The notes under the pieces: model-generated
What the model was told of the DNA's origin: nothing
The model's input: only the letters and a program-made list of their open reading frames with translations
The model's database searches: none
Made by a program: the position numbers and the translations under genes
DNA from: Octopus sinensis
Lineage: Eukaryota
DNA length: 64,000 bases
Direction of reading: 5' to 3'
NCBI RefSeq assembly: GCF_006345805.1
Contig: NC_042998.1
Span: 202,244,001-202,308,000 of the forward strand
Part shown: piece after piece, positions 12,865 to 26,640 of the stretch
Layout: every line of letters starts with the position of its first letter
Numbering within the stretch: position 1 is the first letter of the stretch

Positions 12865-15800
12865 GTCATTTACTTTTAATCTGCATGTTTGATGCAATCA
12901 CTTGCCGGGGCACACCCAGCGCCCTAGGGCAAGTGAAGGTTAAGAGTTGTTGAAATATATCTGAAAGCTTGGGGAGGGGAAGTAGAGAAATATCTCCATG
13001 TAATACAACACAAACATTTACATTGATAGGGTTTTTCTAAGGATGTGGGCAGTACTTGTTAGCACAATCTTTTGGATTTCCTTGAAACATGGTTCTCCAG
13101 GGATATTGTCTAGGTGTTTCTGACATCCCTTTTTTATCATACCTAGGGCACCTACAATAACAGGAACAGTTTTTGTTTTAAGATTCCACATCTTTTGTAT
13201 TTCGATTTCCAGGTCCTTATATTTACTAAGTTTGTCAAATTCTTTTACAGATATATTTTTATCAGTGGGGACGCTTATCTCTATTAGTCTGCAGGTATTT
13301 TCTTCCCTATCTTTAACAATTATGTCTAGTCGATTAGCCTTGATCGTTCTGTCAGTGTTGACTGGAAAATCCCAGAGGATGGTGACATTTTTACCATCAA
13401 CAACTGGATGAGGATGGTGTTCATACCAGTTAGCAGGAGTGCCGAATTTGTAGTGTTTACATATCTTCCAATGTATATACTGTCCTACCCTATCGTGGCG
13501 ATTTTTGTATTCGTTTGGTGTCAGCACAGGACATCCCGAAACGAGATGGTCTATTGTTTCGTCAAATGTGTCGCAGAATCTGCATTTAAGGTCAGTACCG
13601 TTTCGGAGAACGTTAAACTGGTAATTTCTGGTAAACAAGCTTTGATCTTGTGCTGCCGGTATGAAGCCTTCAGTCTCTGCTTTCAATCCTGAACTCTTCA
13701 GCCACTGATGGATTGTTGCTTGGTCTCCATCAGCATTTTGGCTTCGGAGAATATATTGTCCATGCATGGGCTTCTGGCTCCATCACCTCTCAATTTGATT
13801 CTGCCCGTTCTTTTTTGCAGTCTGCTTGATTCTCTTTGCTTGATTGGTAGCAGTGGTTTCCGGCTCTTCATCTGATTCAAGGTTAATGTCTAGTTCCCTT
13901 TCGAACTTATAAGCTTCCTTGACAATAGAATGCAACTTTTTGCTGCTTTCGTGTTTGCACACAAGTCGCAGCATCCAGTCCTTTGTACTAGATACGTACC
14001 TGTTCATTCCTACAGTGGAAGTCTTATAGTACAGCTCTAATTGCATCATTCCTCTCTCCCCGCTGCTTCTAGGTAGATACAGGCGGTCAACATCTGCCTT
14101 AGGGTGGTGCATATTCTTGGATGTCAGTAATTTTCTTGTCTTTCTGTCCAAGCGTTGGAGTTCCGTAAGGTCCCAGTTAATGATGTTAAAACTGTACTGG
14201 ACTACTGGAAGTGCCAGGGTGTTAATGGCCTCAATGCAATTTTTGGAGTTGAGTTCAGTCTTCAGTATAAGCCTTATTCTCCTATAGTATTCCTTTCTTA
14301 TTTTTTCCTTCATAGTAGCATGATGTATACCATCTCCTTCGTTGATTCCTAGGTATTTGTAACTTTCTTGTGGGTCAAGTTCCTTGATGGTAGTGTCAAT
14401 ATCTAATTTAACAGAAGCTGTTTGCCTGAGCTTGCCTCATACAAAAGTTGCTTTAGCACACTTATCAAGGCCAAAATCCATTCCGATATCATTGCTAAAC
14501 TCTTTAACAGTTGTTAGCAGCCCTTCTAGCTCTTGGTCATTCCTGGCAAACAGCTTTAGGTCGTCCATATAGAAAAGATGGTTTATTGACTTACTAACAA
14601 CTTTGTATCCATATCTGGTACTATCCAATTCGTTTGAGAGTGGGATCAGTGCCATGCAAAAAAGTAATGGAGAGAGGGAGTCACCTTGAAAGATGCCTCG
14701 TTTGATGTTGATGCTGTTGGACTGGCTCATCCCACTACTATGACTTAGAAAGAGACGTGTGTTCCACATGGTCATGCTATTCTGTAAGAATTTTGAGACG
14801 ACAGGAGAGATCTTGTATATCTCAAGGGCCTTCAGTATCCATTTATGTGGGACACTGTCAAACGCTTTCCTGTAGCCTATCCATGCCATACTCAGGTTTT
14901 TGTTTTTGTTCCGGCAATTCTCTACAATCATTCTGTTTATGAGCAATTGGTCTTTGCACCCATAGGAGTTTCTTTTACAACCTTTTTGAGCTTGTGGAAG
15001 GATAGAGTTTTGTTCAAGGAAAGCGTACATTCCCTCTGTTATTATGGATGTGAGGATTTTGTAGGTGGTGTTGAGACATGTTATTGGCCGGTAATTCTTT
15101 GGGCTTTTTGTGTCTTCGGTTTTAGGTAATAGGTAGGTGGTTCCTTCAGTCAGCCAAGCAGGTATTTGCTCTGGGTTCTGAATGACATCAGCCATAGATG
15201 CAGCGAGATTTTCGTGTACCTCTGTCAAACAATTCAGCCAGAAGTTAGGGATCCGATCCAGTCCTGGGGTTTTCCATTTATGAGCCTTCCTAAGGACACA
15301 CCTTAGCTCCTCTATTCCTATTGCTACCCATTTCTGTTCTTCAAGTTCATTCAGTCTCTCTTTCTCACATTCTATCCAGTCAGCCTCAGCATTAAACTCT
15401 TTTTCGTTGCTCCATACCTTCTTCCAGAACTCCTCCACTTCCTCAATCTTAGGTGGATCTTCTATGTGTATTTTATTTTTGCCAATTTCCCTATAAAATT
15501 TCTTTGCATCTGTCTTAAAAAATTTATTTTGTCGATAAAATTTGTTTCTTTTGTCATACCTTCTAAGCCGTTGGGCTTTCAACTGTATCCGTTGTTTCAA
15601 CAGTTTCTTAGTTGCAGGGAGGTTTATGAGAGCTTTGATTTTATATTTTTGCTTGATTTTTTCTAGCTTTTCTCGACTTAATATTCATTCCTCTAGCAAG
15701 CTCATCGAGAACTGAAACATCCGCCCGCAGAGATTCAATCTCTTTTTGTATCGCTACTTTCCACTTAGGAGGTTCATTAACATGCCTGGCATTTTTCTTT

Positions 15801-16900
15801 GTCATCTTAATACCTAGTTGGGTAGTTACTACTTTAGCAGTGGAATAGATGAGATTATTTAAGGTTGTCAGATCATTCCGCTTATTTCTTAAGATCTGTC
15901 CTAGGGCAACGTTATATGTCATGATTGTGTTGTTATTCCTTGTGCCGTTTGAAAACTTTGGTAGCGGTTCTCTATTAACCATGTCAGTGAGCTCAATCTT
16001 GCCGAGTTCTCTCATAATGTCCACTTTTGCTTCCATAATCTTTTCTCTATTATTCACCTCAAATTCTATGCCATATCTATTTTGGTTTTCTTGGGGAAGG
16101 TCTACGTTCTCCTCTTTTTTCAAATCTCTCGTCTTCGCTATTCTTTGTTTAACTTCCCCATTGGGAAGTTGATTTACCGCTTGTACACTGGCTTCTGTGC
16201 TACTGTTACCTATTTCGTCTACATTGTTGTTGTTTTCTTTTGGTCTACCATGAGCTATTAGTGTCCTAATTTGGTCAATTTCAGCGTCAGTTAGTCTTTT
16301 ATTTTTAATTATATCTCTGCGTACATTACTTAAATTATTTGCCTCTATATATCAACGTACTTCATTGCCTACTGAATTTCTCCATGAGATGTATGTTTGT
16401 ACACTGAAGTTATTGTTTGGGTTTAGTTGGGCTGTATAAAAATCTTTCAACAAACCTCTATAGTCCTCTCTGCTCCATTTTATACGTTTTGCTTTAGGTG
16501 GTGTCACTACAAGTCCAGAGTTAGAAGTATTCTGGTTCTGGTCACCTGGTAGATCGTCTTTTTGAGAGTTTGTTCCAGCAGCAAACTTTTCGACCCTAGT
16601 CTGGTTCCCTACTGGGTAACGCGGTCCTTGTTGTCCCGGGCGATGACCGAGCCGGCATGATTTTTGGCTTGTTTTCGTTAAATGATTGACGACGACATCA
16701 GAGGGGTCCATTTTTTCAGAGTCAACTTTTTGACAAGACGCCGCTTCTGTGACGGTGACGTTAGAAGAAGGGACTGTTTGTACAGGGTCAACTTTTTGAC
16801 AAGACACCGCTTCTGAATTCTCCGAATTAATATATTGGTCATATCGAACTCGCATGAGACTTACAGATCAAAATTCGCCTCTATTTCTTTTGGTAGACAT
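12865..16900 (-). mobile_element. Near-full-length R4/Dong-clade non-LTR retrotransposon (inactive)
   Basis: Collinear minus-strand ORF pieces 16352-16855, 15641-16123, 14437-15600, 13783-14313, 13018-13767; 3' UTR followed by (TAA)n at about 12844-12864; 5' boundary approximate. Confidence 0.95.
13018..16855 (-). pseudogene. Disrupted RT-RLE polyprotein (reverse transcriptase, zinc knuckle, restriction-like endonuclease)
   Basis: RT motifs KTPGLD, NYRPITCL, KAFDSVPH, GIFQGDSLSPLLF, HLFYMDDLKLF; LYLPRSSGERGM; CRFC...ETIDHLVSGC; RHD; NRLDII...LIEISVP. Broken by an in-frame stop and several frameshifts. Confidence 0.93.
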
Positions 16901-17416
16901 GTTTCCGGGCATAACTGTTCAGTGACTTCTAAATTCAGTGACCAATTTGCTCTTTTTTGCGTTTGTTCGTGAAAAATCGCTTTGTTTTTGTTTTGTTTTC
17001 GTCCGCGTAACGTGGTTTTTCTTTCTGTGTGTACGTGTGAGCGCGTGTAAGCATTATTTATGCTTTATAATTAAAATGTGTACGTGTATGCATAAACAGT
17101 TGCATGTATACTTATTTAATTAATTGATTAATTAATCAATTTATGTACTTACTGTCTTTCAAGAGCTCTGATGTCCGCTTCTATTTCTTATACATGTCAC
17201 ATGGAAATATTATGCATAAAAGAAAGAAAACCATACTATATATGGCAATAATAGTTCGGGCTTTTTAGTTACTTTGCCTTAAAAGAAAATTTGGAAAAGA
17301 TATTTTGTGGAACCTTTCTTCCATTGCAACGATGTTGTTGGATTAATTCGTTTTTTTGGAGAGAGGCTCCCAGGGAACATCCATGTTCTTATTCAGCCCG
17401 GAGCTCTTCTTGAGCT

Positions 17417-17418
<2 letters not shown>

Positions 17419-17479
<61 letters not shown>

Positions 17480-17503
17480 ATTATTATTATTATTATTATT
17501 TAC
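17419..17503. repeat. (ATT)n microsatellite
   Basis: Direct reading. Confidence 0.98.
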
Positions 17504-18214
17504 TACTGACGCATGCCCAGCGGTACGGAATGCATCAAGAAATGACTGATTGACACTGAGAAAAGATTGGACCAACACCACTGAATACAGGCTACTTACG
17601 TTGCCTTTAATCAATGTGTTGTAATTTCCATGGATGAAAGCTGTATCGAATATTCATTGAGAGCGGAAATGGAATATTGAAACTATCAGAGCTAATACAA
17701 TTACCATTAGATATGCACACCAATACATGAATAAATAGTAAATAGTATTCTGGTCTCTCTATGGAGAGAAATACGGCGTATGAAAACGCACAAGACAAAC
17801 ATGACTGCATGAGGACAATAACGCGTGAGCAGCAGCGCATTTCGACTTCTTTTAACAAGTTTTTTAGCAAGTATTTTGGAGACTAACTTTTGTAATTTTA
17901 TCTGCTTCAACTTCCATCGTTAAAGACGATTTATTTCATATCTTTCGAAGTCTGTAAATTCTTATAACATAATCAACATGTAATACTGACTGGTGAGAAA
18001 GAAGCTTCGAACATTGCTTGACAAATTGAGCAAACGTTGATATACTGCAATAATAGAAGGTCTGTCGTCTTTGCAGAAGTTATGGTTCCAATTTTCAGGG
18101 GCAGCTACAGTTTTTTTTTCCATTCCGAGTGTTCTCTTTACTCAATATATTTCATGCTATTATTTATAGATTTATCTTGTTCGATTTCTTCAATAGGAAA
18201 CGATTTATTTCAGA

Positions 18215-18240
18215 CACACACACATACATACTTCGCCCCA

Positions 18241-18294
<54 letters not shown>

Positions 18295-18525
18295 TGTGTG
18301 TGTGTATGTATACATACATATATATATACATAGAGAGAGAGATAGATGTCGATAGATAGATAGATATATGTATGTATATCTATATATTATATGTATATAT
18401 ACATGTATGTATGTATATACGTGTGGAGAATGAATGTGTGTATTGTGTATGTATATATATATATATATGTGCCTGTGTGTGTGTATGTATATGTGTGTGC
18501 GTTTGTGTTTATATATATATATGTT
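18215..18525. repeat. Compound (TA)/(TG)/(TAGA)/(TATG) microsatellite
   Basis: Direct reading. Confidence 0.9.
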
Positions 18526-20758
18526 TCATCCTTGATTTATTTCACCAGGTATCATTATGTAGACAGAACGTATTGGTGTAAATAATTGTTGCCTTGTGGA
18601 TTGCATCAATTCTTTATCGTTCAGTTTGTGTTTATGCTAAATATATCGAAGACCTTTTCGAATGTATTGCAAATGTTGCAGCAAATTTATGGAACCTTTC
18701 TGCAAAATTATTCTAACATTTTGTAGATAAATCTATAATAGTCTGGCAATAATTACTCCATATATCTTTGAATAAACATGAACTGAATCCCGCTTTCGCC
18801 CCATAGTCTATTCACTTGTGTCACGATATCACCACTATCGCTATAGCCATAAACATCTTCATCTATGTCGCTGTACAGTCTGTCATAATTATCAGTCAAT
18901 TTGTACTACGCTCTCTTAAAATACAGAATATTGTATAATGTGGTCTTATATTGATGGTAAATGAAAACAACACTTGACGGACACGAATACAAAACCTTTG
19001 ATAATAGGCCTAATTAATCAGAGCTGACTACTTGTTAAGTGTCGATGACAATAGCAATAGTTGGGTAGTTGACTTAGACCGTTGCTAGGTTTTGATGCCA
19101 CTACCCAGCACCTTAGGTGCCTTTGCAGATTACACCCTGTTGTAGTCATTCGAGCCATCAGTTTTGGAGACCTTGCAGTGTATCTACGGCACTATCTTCC
19201 TTCCTTGCAGTAACGCTGTCAGTATCAACCTTTTACGAAAAAAAAAACAATATTGCATTTAACGAAAGAATACTTCAAAATAGTTCGTATTTATTCACTA
19301 ATTCTATTCACGGACCAGCATGATTACAATGCTCATATTATCGATATTATTACCATAAACTGTAGATAAATGATGTTGATATTGATCATTGTTACCAGAA
19401 CCATTAGCAGCAGCATAACAACCATGACCATCCAAATAATTTGACTGACAACATCTCAACCTATCACATTGTGCTCTTTCAATACCAACAATATATGCCG
19501 TAATTTAGGAATTGTATCATACATAGAAAGTTAAGCAATGACGTCATTTATGTCAGAAACTAGCTGACTACATGGTTAATAATTATAATATAAGAGGCGT
19601 GTCGTTCTTGACCAGAAATACTATCAAATGTATTTGAGTCATAACTCTTCGAAAATAATGCTAACATATGTTACTTAAGGACAACGCTACTCAGTGGTTT
19701 TCTATTGTAAATATTGGGATGCGAATCGAAAGGCATTTAGCAACAATTTCTTACAGGTTTAGAGTCCTCCAAGTTGGCTCGCATTACGCTCATTAAAATT
19801 TGATATTTCGAAAAGAACCACTATGAACACTTTACATATTGCTAAGGCGCATGATGAACTTTATACGTTCATGGGTAATTTATTGTATACGCAAGCTATT
19901 TGTGATTTTTAATGTAAGTAAAATCTGTTATAAGTGAATGAACGACGTCACTGAATTCGATAGACAACAGAAAGAAGCAAAAAGTCATTCCTAGCTAGAG
20001 TTGTGAAGATATAAACTACACGAGTGAACATATCATTGTTCTATACATTGAATAGTAGATTATTTTGTAGGCCTTTCACCTTTAAGATGGTATTCCGTGA
20101 TGTTAGTTAGATTTTTCTGCTATTTCTAGCATTTTAAGGTCTTACTTAGACGCCCGATCTTTAGCATGATATATGTGTGCGATTAGATTTTCTGTAAGTG
20201 TATGTAATCACTGTATTTGTGCGCATGTGTATGTATAGTGTGTGTGTGAGTGTGTGTGTATAGCATGTATATATATACACATTATGCGTTTCTAAGTATA
20301 CACAATGTGTCTGTGTGTACGATTTGTAACTACCTTGTTCACATGTTGTTTCTCATGATGTGAGATTTCACGTTAATTTCTTCCACCTGTATTGGAATGA
20401 TTGACTGAATATTTCATGACGTCAAGATAATATTTTTCAGACAAATGATTTTGAAATGTTTTCGATTATATCAAGAGAGTTGACTTTCATTTGTATTCCA
20501 TTAGGTAAATCATGTGATGGAATGCAGATGAATAATGCAGAGTAAAGATACTCTTATGGAGCATGCATTAAATACATGAATTATCCAAGATATGAATTAT
20601 CCCATAGTATTTACAGATAAGACGGAATAAAATTCGTGTACCCCATTATCACTAATACAGAGTTACACAGAACCGAAATATAAAACATGGGTATATTCAG
20701 TCCCTCAAAACATGCACAACCACTGTTAAATTCAAATTATTACTTATACTATAATGTA

Positions 20759-21024
20759 ATAATAAAAAAAAATAAATGCGCCCTTTTAAAGCCTAGCCAG
20801 GCTCATGGGCCTGATTTCCCGGTTTCTATGGCGCATGTGTTCCCCAGCTGGACGGGACGCCAGTCCGTAGCAGCGTTACTCATTTTTGCCACCTGAGTAG
20901 ACTGGAGCAACGTGAAATGAAGTGTTTTGCTCAAGAACACAACGCGTCGCCCGGTCCAGGAATCGAAACCTCAATCTTACGATCATGATGATGACACCCT
21001 AACCACTAAGCCACGCGCCTCCAC
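20759..21024 (-). mobile_element. tRNA-derived SINE (family D)
   Basis: Minus-strand head GTGGAGGCGCGTGGCTTAGTGGTTAGGG...GGTTTCGATTCC; 12-bp TSD TACTATAATGTA at 20747-20758 and 21029-21040. Confidence 0.88.
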
Positions 21025-21975
21025 TATGTACTATAATGTACTGACGACAAATTCAATACCTTTCTAAACCTGTGTGAGATTAATTTAAATGGTTATGAAA
21101 TTACATTGCCGTCTCTGAGGGCTTAGAATTTATAGAGTTTTGCAAACTCATGCCCGCCTTCTGCGAGAATCATTACATTTTCACCTTAGATTATTGACTG
21201 GTGTTTAGTAAAAAGGGTTCCACGTATGTCGCGTGACCACATAATATATTCGTTACTTTTTCCAAAGGTTTTAATAACGGACGTATCCCCTGCTGAGTTG
21301 ATAACTATGTTCGCTTCACATTCAAGAGATCCCAGTTTCAATCTCTTTGTGTAGCATCTTTACAAAACATCTTTATTATAGCTCCAGGCTCTTTTAGACA
21401 CCAGGTCTTCTTCGTAAAATTGTATAACCTAATTATGTGGAAGCCTATCACATGTAATGTATTAGCAATTCAAACGTCCGGTTTTGTTTAATATTTTTTC
21501 GCGTTGATTAAACCTCGAATTTCCGTTATGATTACAATAACGCGTTAACTTAATATTTCCAAACTTCAGTTGATCGACCGACCAAATATTCATCGTAGGA
21601 ACTGACAAAGAATGAATCAAATGCTGATGTAATAAGTAAAATATAATACTGAGAATCTCACAAGACAAAAAAATATATAAGTTTCTTTGTTTTCCATAGA
21701 TATATTTAGATATCTATTAGAAATTATACTGAAAATACAGTTTTAATAAATCATAAAATAACGATTGTCATACTGGCATAAGGCCAGAACCAATAACCGA
21801 TGCAACATGACTTTGAGTGCTTTTGTGCATCCAGCTCTTTTTCATGCGTAAAAACCAGTCTTTCCTGGATATTTTGAAGACCTACTTCCTACTGCATCGA
21901 CCCATGAGTGGTGTTTTTTGCCATCCATACCTCACCCACTTCGAAGTTCTTTAAAGTTTGAAGAATTGTCCTTTC

Positions 21976-22392
21976 GGATCTTTTCGGTTTGAACGGCAGT
22001 TTTTTCTAGCGGTGTCATATGAAATTGTCACCCATAACTATGACCCTGGTATCGATCTATTGCATTTCAATCTGTTTTAGGGTTAGGGTTAGGGGTGGGG
22101 GGAAGGATATATTTTTTTCTTCACAAATATAAATAAACTCAATCTGTTTCTTAAACGAGGGACATATTCATACGGCACAGAATGTTTTTTTAACTCAATG
22201 GACGTCATCGATTGGTTGGAATTGCAGAAATTGAAGAAAAAAACAGCAAATATCTCACAATCTATAGAATTTTCTCAATAAAGGCCAGAAAAAAAAATGT
22301 TTTATAAACACATTCTATCAGTATACGAAGTTTAAAATTTTTTAGCTACCTAGAAATTATGTTAAAAACTGACGTTCAAACCGAAAAGATCC
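21976..22392. mobile_element. 417-bp MITE with GG termini and 8-bp TSD (Merlin- or Mutator-like)
   Basis: 29-bp TIR GGATCTTTTCGGTTTGAACG(G/T)CAGTTTTT with one mismatch (21976-22004, 22364-22392); TSD GTCCTTTC at 21968-21975 and 22393-22400; internal (TTAGGG)3 at 22077-22094. Confidence 0.92.
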
Positions 22393-22559
22393 GTCCTTTC
22401 TTTTAAGACTAATTCAAGACAAAGTATATTCGGAGAAGGATATGCATTAATTAATCGATGCCAGTATTTGATTGACATATTTTTACAAGTAATTTAATAT
22501 AAGCGATATCACAAACTCAGTTATATAAGTACCATTCGTATTCGATACATTTCAGTCAC

Positions 22560-22760
22560 TCAGCATAATATATTGATTTCAAACTTTAACACGAGAGCAT
22601 CAAGTTACTAAGTTGATTACATCGAACTCAGAGCTCAGCTGGTACTTATTGTGTCGATCTCGAAATGATGAGAGTGCTCAACTGGTACTTCTTTTATCGA
22701 CCCCGATAGGATGAAAGGGAAAGCCGACCTCGGGGGATTCTAAACAAAGGAAATGCTGAT
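22560..22760 (-). mobile_element. Decayed SINE family B fragments
   Basis: CTGGTACTT...ATCGACCCCG..AGGATGAAAGG.AAAG.CGACCTCGG shared with family B. Confidence 0.65.
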
Positions 22761-24089
22761 GGACATTTTTCACGGTGCAGTAAACTCCACATAATATATT
22801 AATACAAAATGTAGAATAACATTAATAGAAAAGGAATATCCAAGGAATCAAGTCCAAAATCCTTGAAAGTCTTTGCGGCTTGGTATATTACGTGACTGGT
22901 CTGCAAAAGCGCACGATTTTCGGGACTATAGATTTAAATTAAATATATGAAAAGAAACAGTATTATGGGAAATAGCGTAAAATATCCAACGGATTTCCGT
23001 GAGACAGCGACCGTGTGGTGATGAAACTGCAGAATTATCCACTGTTGTTTGATGAAGACTTTAATTAAACTGTCATATACTATTAAATACTTTATTTCAG
23101 AAGAAAAAAAACAAACATATTGTATGTTTTGTTAATTTTAAAAGAGTCCGAATTCGCTCGGGAATTGCAAACGAGATATGAATATGAAATGAGATAGAGA
23201 TTGAATTTATATAAAACTCCAATGAATGTGATAGATACTCAAAGCAGAACAAATGGTTTTAGCTTATACGTTTTCATATATTTTCTATGTGACTGTTTAT
23301 TGTGTATTTTTCTTTCCTTGTAAAATGGTTAATTACTTTCTCTTAAAATTAAGGTGATCGAATGTAACTTCATCAAATTGCAGAATATCCAGTCATTCAT
23401 TGTTAGTAAATAATATCTTAATAGAAGAAGCCTTTTATGCAAATTTCTATTGGGTTTCAAAATAAAGGACAACCGTTTCGTATCTCTTCAATAGTGGTGA
23501 CGTAAATCTGGCATGAACCAAATTTACCTTGTGTCCTCTGGAGTTCCTCTTTCTTTTTCATTCACTTACCAGAACTCTCTGACTCTGTTTCTTTCTTTTT
23601 ATCTATCTCTGTACGTTAGATGCTTCTACCAGGCTGCACGATTTATTCTGAAGAATAAGCAATTCGTTTCATATTGCGCCTGGCCGCTCAGCCGAAAATG
23701 TATAGGAAAAGCAGTAGATTAGTGTAATTTCGTATAAGACTAGTGTCTTATCCGGAGTTAGATTAGTGATATGACGTTTTAGTTTTCCATGAAGAAAAGA
23801 CTATCGTGGTTACCTGAGTTGACGAAGGTATTGACTGATCAATACAGTTACATAAACTAGAATCAAAGGCCGCAAACTTTAAAAATTAAATATTTTATTC
23901 GAATTTCAATCTTCCTAATTCCTCTAAATTAACTCAAGAATTTGATTGAAAAATATTCCACACATGTGTGTGTGGGGGTGTATGTGTGTGTGCGTTCGTG
24001 TGTGTTAGGCACGTATACTAATTATGATTTGTCAACAAAGAAAAAGTTATACAACTGCTTTTAAACATATATAATATTCTTTTCAAATT

Positions 24090-24430
24090 CTAGGACAAGG
24101 AGAGCAAGTTCGGCTGAGGCGCAAATAGATTGAATCGACCCTAGTGCTCAACAGCTACTTATTTTAACAATCCCAAAACGATGGAAGCCAAAGTCGACTC
24201 GCGGGATTTTAAACTTAGAAAGTAAAGACGGACGGAATACTGCTATGCATTTTGCCCGTCGCGGATGTTAGATCGCCACGTAGTTTATAAAACCAATATT
24301 AGTTTCAAAATTTGGCACAAGGCCAGTAATTACGGGGGAAGGGTAAGTCAATTAAATCAGCCCCACCGTTCAACTGGTACTTATTGTAGCAATCCTGAAA
24401 GATGATTGGCATTAGATCTCAGAACAATAA
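24090..24430 (-). mobile_element. Decayed SINE family B fragments
   Basis: Partial matches (AAAGTCGACTC, GGCACAAGGCCAG, CAACTGGTACTT) to family B. Confidence 0.55.
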
Positions 24431-24914
24431 TTCGGAAGATATGCTAAGTGTTTTTCCCAGCGCGGTAACAATTCTGCCTTTTTCGACATCTAGTTTATAT
24501 AAATAATACTGAAAGCCCTTACAAAGATAAAATATCTCAATTGATGTACCTCTAAACAGAAGCACTTTGGTCTAAAATAAATTAACGAAACCCCACAATA
24601 AACAGAGAATGCTGTTATTTCATTTGCAGGTGAGAAAAAACTATTTTCATATCTGAGTGACAGGCAATACATAAATAACGCGCACATGCATAAGAAGGAT
24701 ATATCTACATTAATAAAGAAGCACATGTATACCACAAACAATATAGTCACACACACATATTTATATAGACTCGTCCGTGCGTAGATGCAAATAACACTGA
24801 CATAAACATTTAGATCAAATTTGTACTTATTTTACCAAGAGTACAAAGCGAAGCCTAGAGTTGGTCCTCGTGGAGTTTTCGCTCAAAACTTAACGTAGTG
24901 TAGTTGAATATCCA

Positions 24915-25146
24915 TTTCTTTATTGCCCACAGGAGGCTAAAAATAGAGGGGACAAACAAGGACAGACAAAGGGATTAAGTCTATTAAATCGACCCCAGTG
25001 CATAACTGGGACTAATTTAATCGACCCCGAAATGATGAAAGGCAAAGTCGACCTCAGCGGAATTTGAAATAAGAACGTAACTGCAGACGAAATACGGCTA
25101 CGCATTTCGACCGGCGTGCTAACGATTCTACCAGCTCGACGCCCTT
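24915..25146 (-). mobile_element. tRNA-derived SINE (family B)
   Basis: Reverse complement of GGGCG..GAGCTGG.AGAATCGTTAGCACGCCGG...GAGGTCGACTTTGCCTTTCATC...GTCTGTCCTTGTTTGTCCCCTCT. Confidence 0.9.
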
Positions 25147-25219
25147 ATGAATGAAATAGTTTTCCGTACGCGTGTAACTCGAACCCTCACCTCTATGTAT
25201 TTGCGGGAAGTGTGCTACC

Positions 25220-25453
25220 TATTTCTTTACTGCCCACAAGTGGCTAAACACAGACAGAACAAACAAGGACAGACAAACGGATTAAGTCGATTACATCGAC
25301 TCCAGTGCGTAACTGGTACTAATTTAATCGAACCCCGAGAGGATGAAAGGCAAAGTAGACCTCGGCGGAATTTGAACTGGGAACGTAACAGCAGACGAAA
25401 TACCGCTAGAAAGTTCGCCCGGCGTGCTAACAATTCTGCTAGCACGCCGCTCT
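25220..25453 (-). mobile_element. tRNA-derived SINE (family B), tandem with previous copy
   Basis: Same family; flanked by an approximately 75-bp direct repeat (25144-25219 and 25451-25527). Confidence 0.9.
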
Positions 25454-26409
25454 TATGAAAGAAATAGCTTTCCGTACGCGTGTAACTCGAACCCTCACCT
25501 CTATGTATTCGCGGTAAGTGTGTTACCATTCACCAACGTATCCCCTCAACGTAGTGTACTTGAATATCTCAAGGCAGTTCAGCCGTCACTGCACCGTTTC
25601 TGTTACTCTACTGATATTATGTATGAATAGCTAGAGTAAATATATTCAAAATACTAATTAATAAATGCGTAGGTCACTGTATAATGAATGAATGTTCTGT
25701 TACTTTTAATTCTGAAATCATTCTATTGAACGGGTTTGGATAATGCTATGTCTATTTGATTTCAGCTTTAGATCAACATTTCCGGTGTAACTACTGACCA
25801 CAATTGCATATTCATACAGGATATTACTAAAATAGCTGCTTCTATATGTAAATGCATCGATGTAAAATATTTCTTATTTGCTCCAACAAGTGTACGAATA
25901 TGTTGGAGTGGTCCTGATCTCTCAGACAATTAATTCCATTACATTATGTTATTTTATTTTCTATTAAGCAATTTAGTTTTTATATTAATCAATTTCCCTT
26001 CTATTTTAAACGATTTTCTTTCCACATTAAACAATTTAATTTTGATATTAAATAGTTTCCTTTCTATATTATTCAATTCAATTTCGACATTAGATAAACA
26101 ATTTTCTTTGTGTATTAAGCATATATTACATTAAAGGGAAACAGTAGTATACAAGGAAAGAAATTAAAAACTGTGCCAACAAGTAGTAAACAAAAACGTT
26201 TGAAACAATTGATTATGTTAGTTTTCCATAATGAATAGGAGGTCCCTGACGTTTCAGACTCCAGAAATATTTCTAAATTGAAAGAATAAGATATTACTAA
26301 AATATTAATTACAGATGAATAACTACGTTTTGAAGAAGACCGCTGAAGTATTTTTTGTTCTTGCCCTTAAATATTTGTATGGATATGACTTTCGTATATA
26401 TATATATAT

Positions 26410-26640
26410 AAATAAGCAACAAGGATATCCAAGGTAGTGTAGTACAATTGTTTCATGCTACTTCATTTTATTAAATACAGTAAGTATTACATCAGTTTTA
26501 AAATATCGAGCAATCTTCAGCCACATATAGAATTTTTTAATTAAACGCACAATGCACATTCCTATACTTATTTCATTGTTGCTTATTTTGATTATAATCA
26601 CCCCATTTGATTTATATGGATAATACCGTTCAAAATTTTG
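26410..26640 (-). mobile_element. Possible Penelope-type terminal fragment
   Basis: Starts right after (TA)n and has minus-strand CTGAAGA, but no intact stem II or GAAA. Confidence 0.3.
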
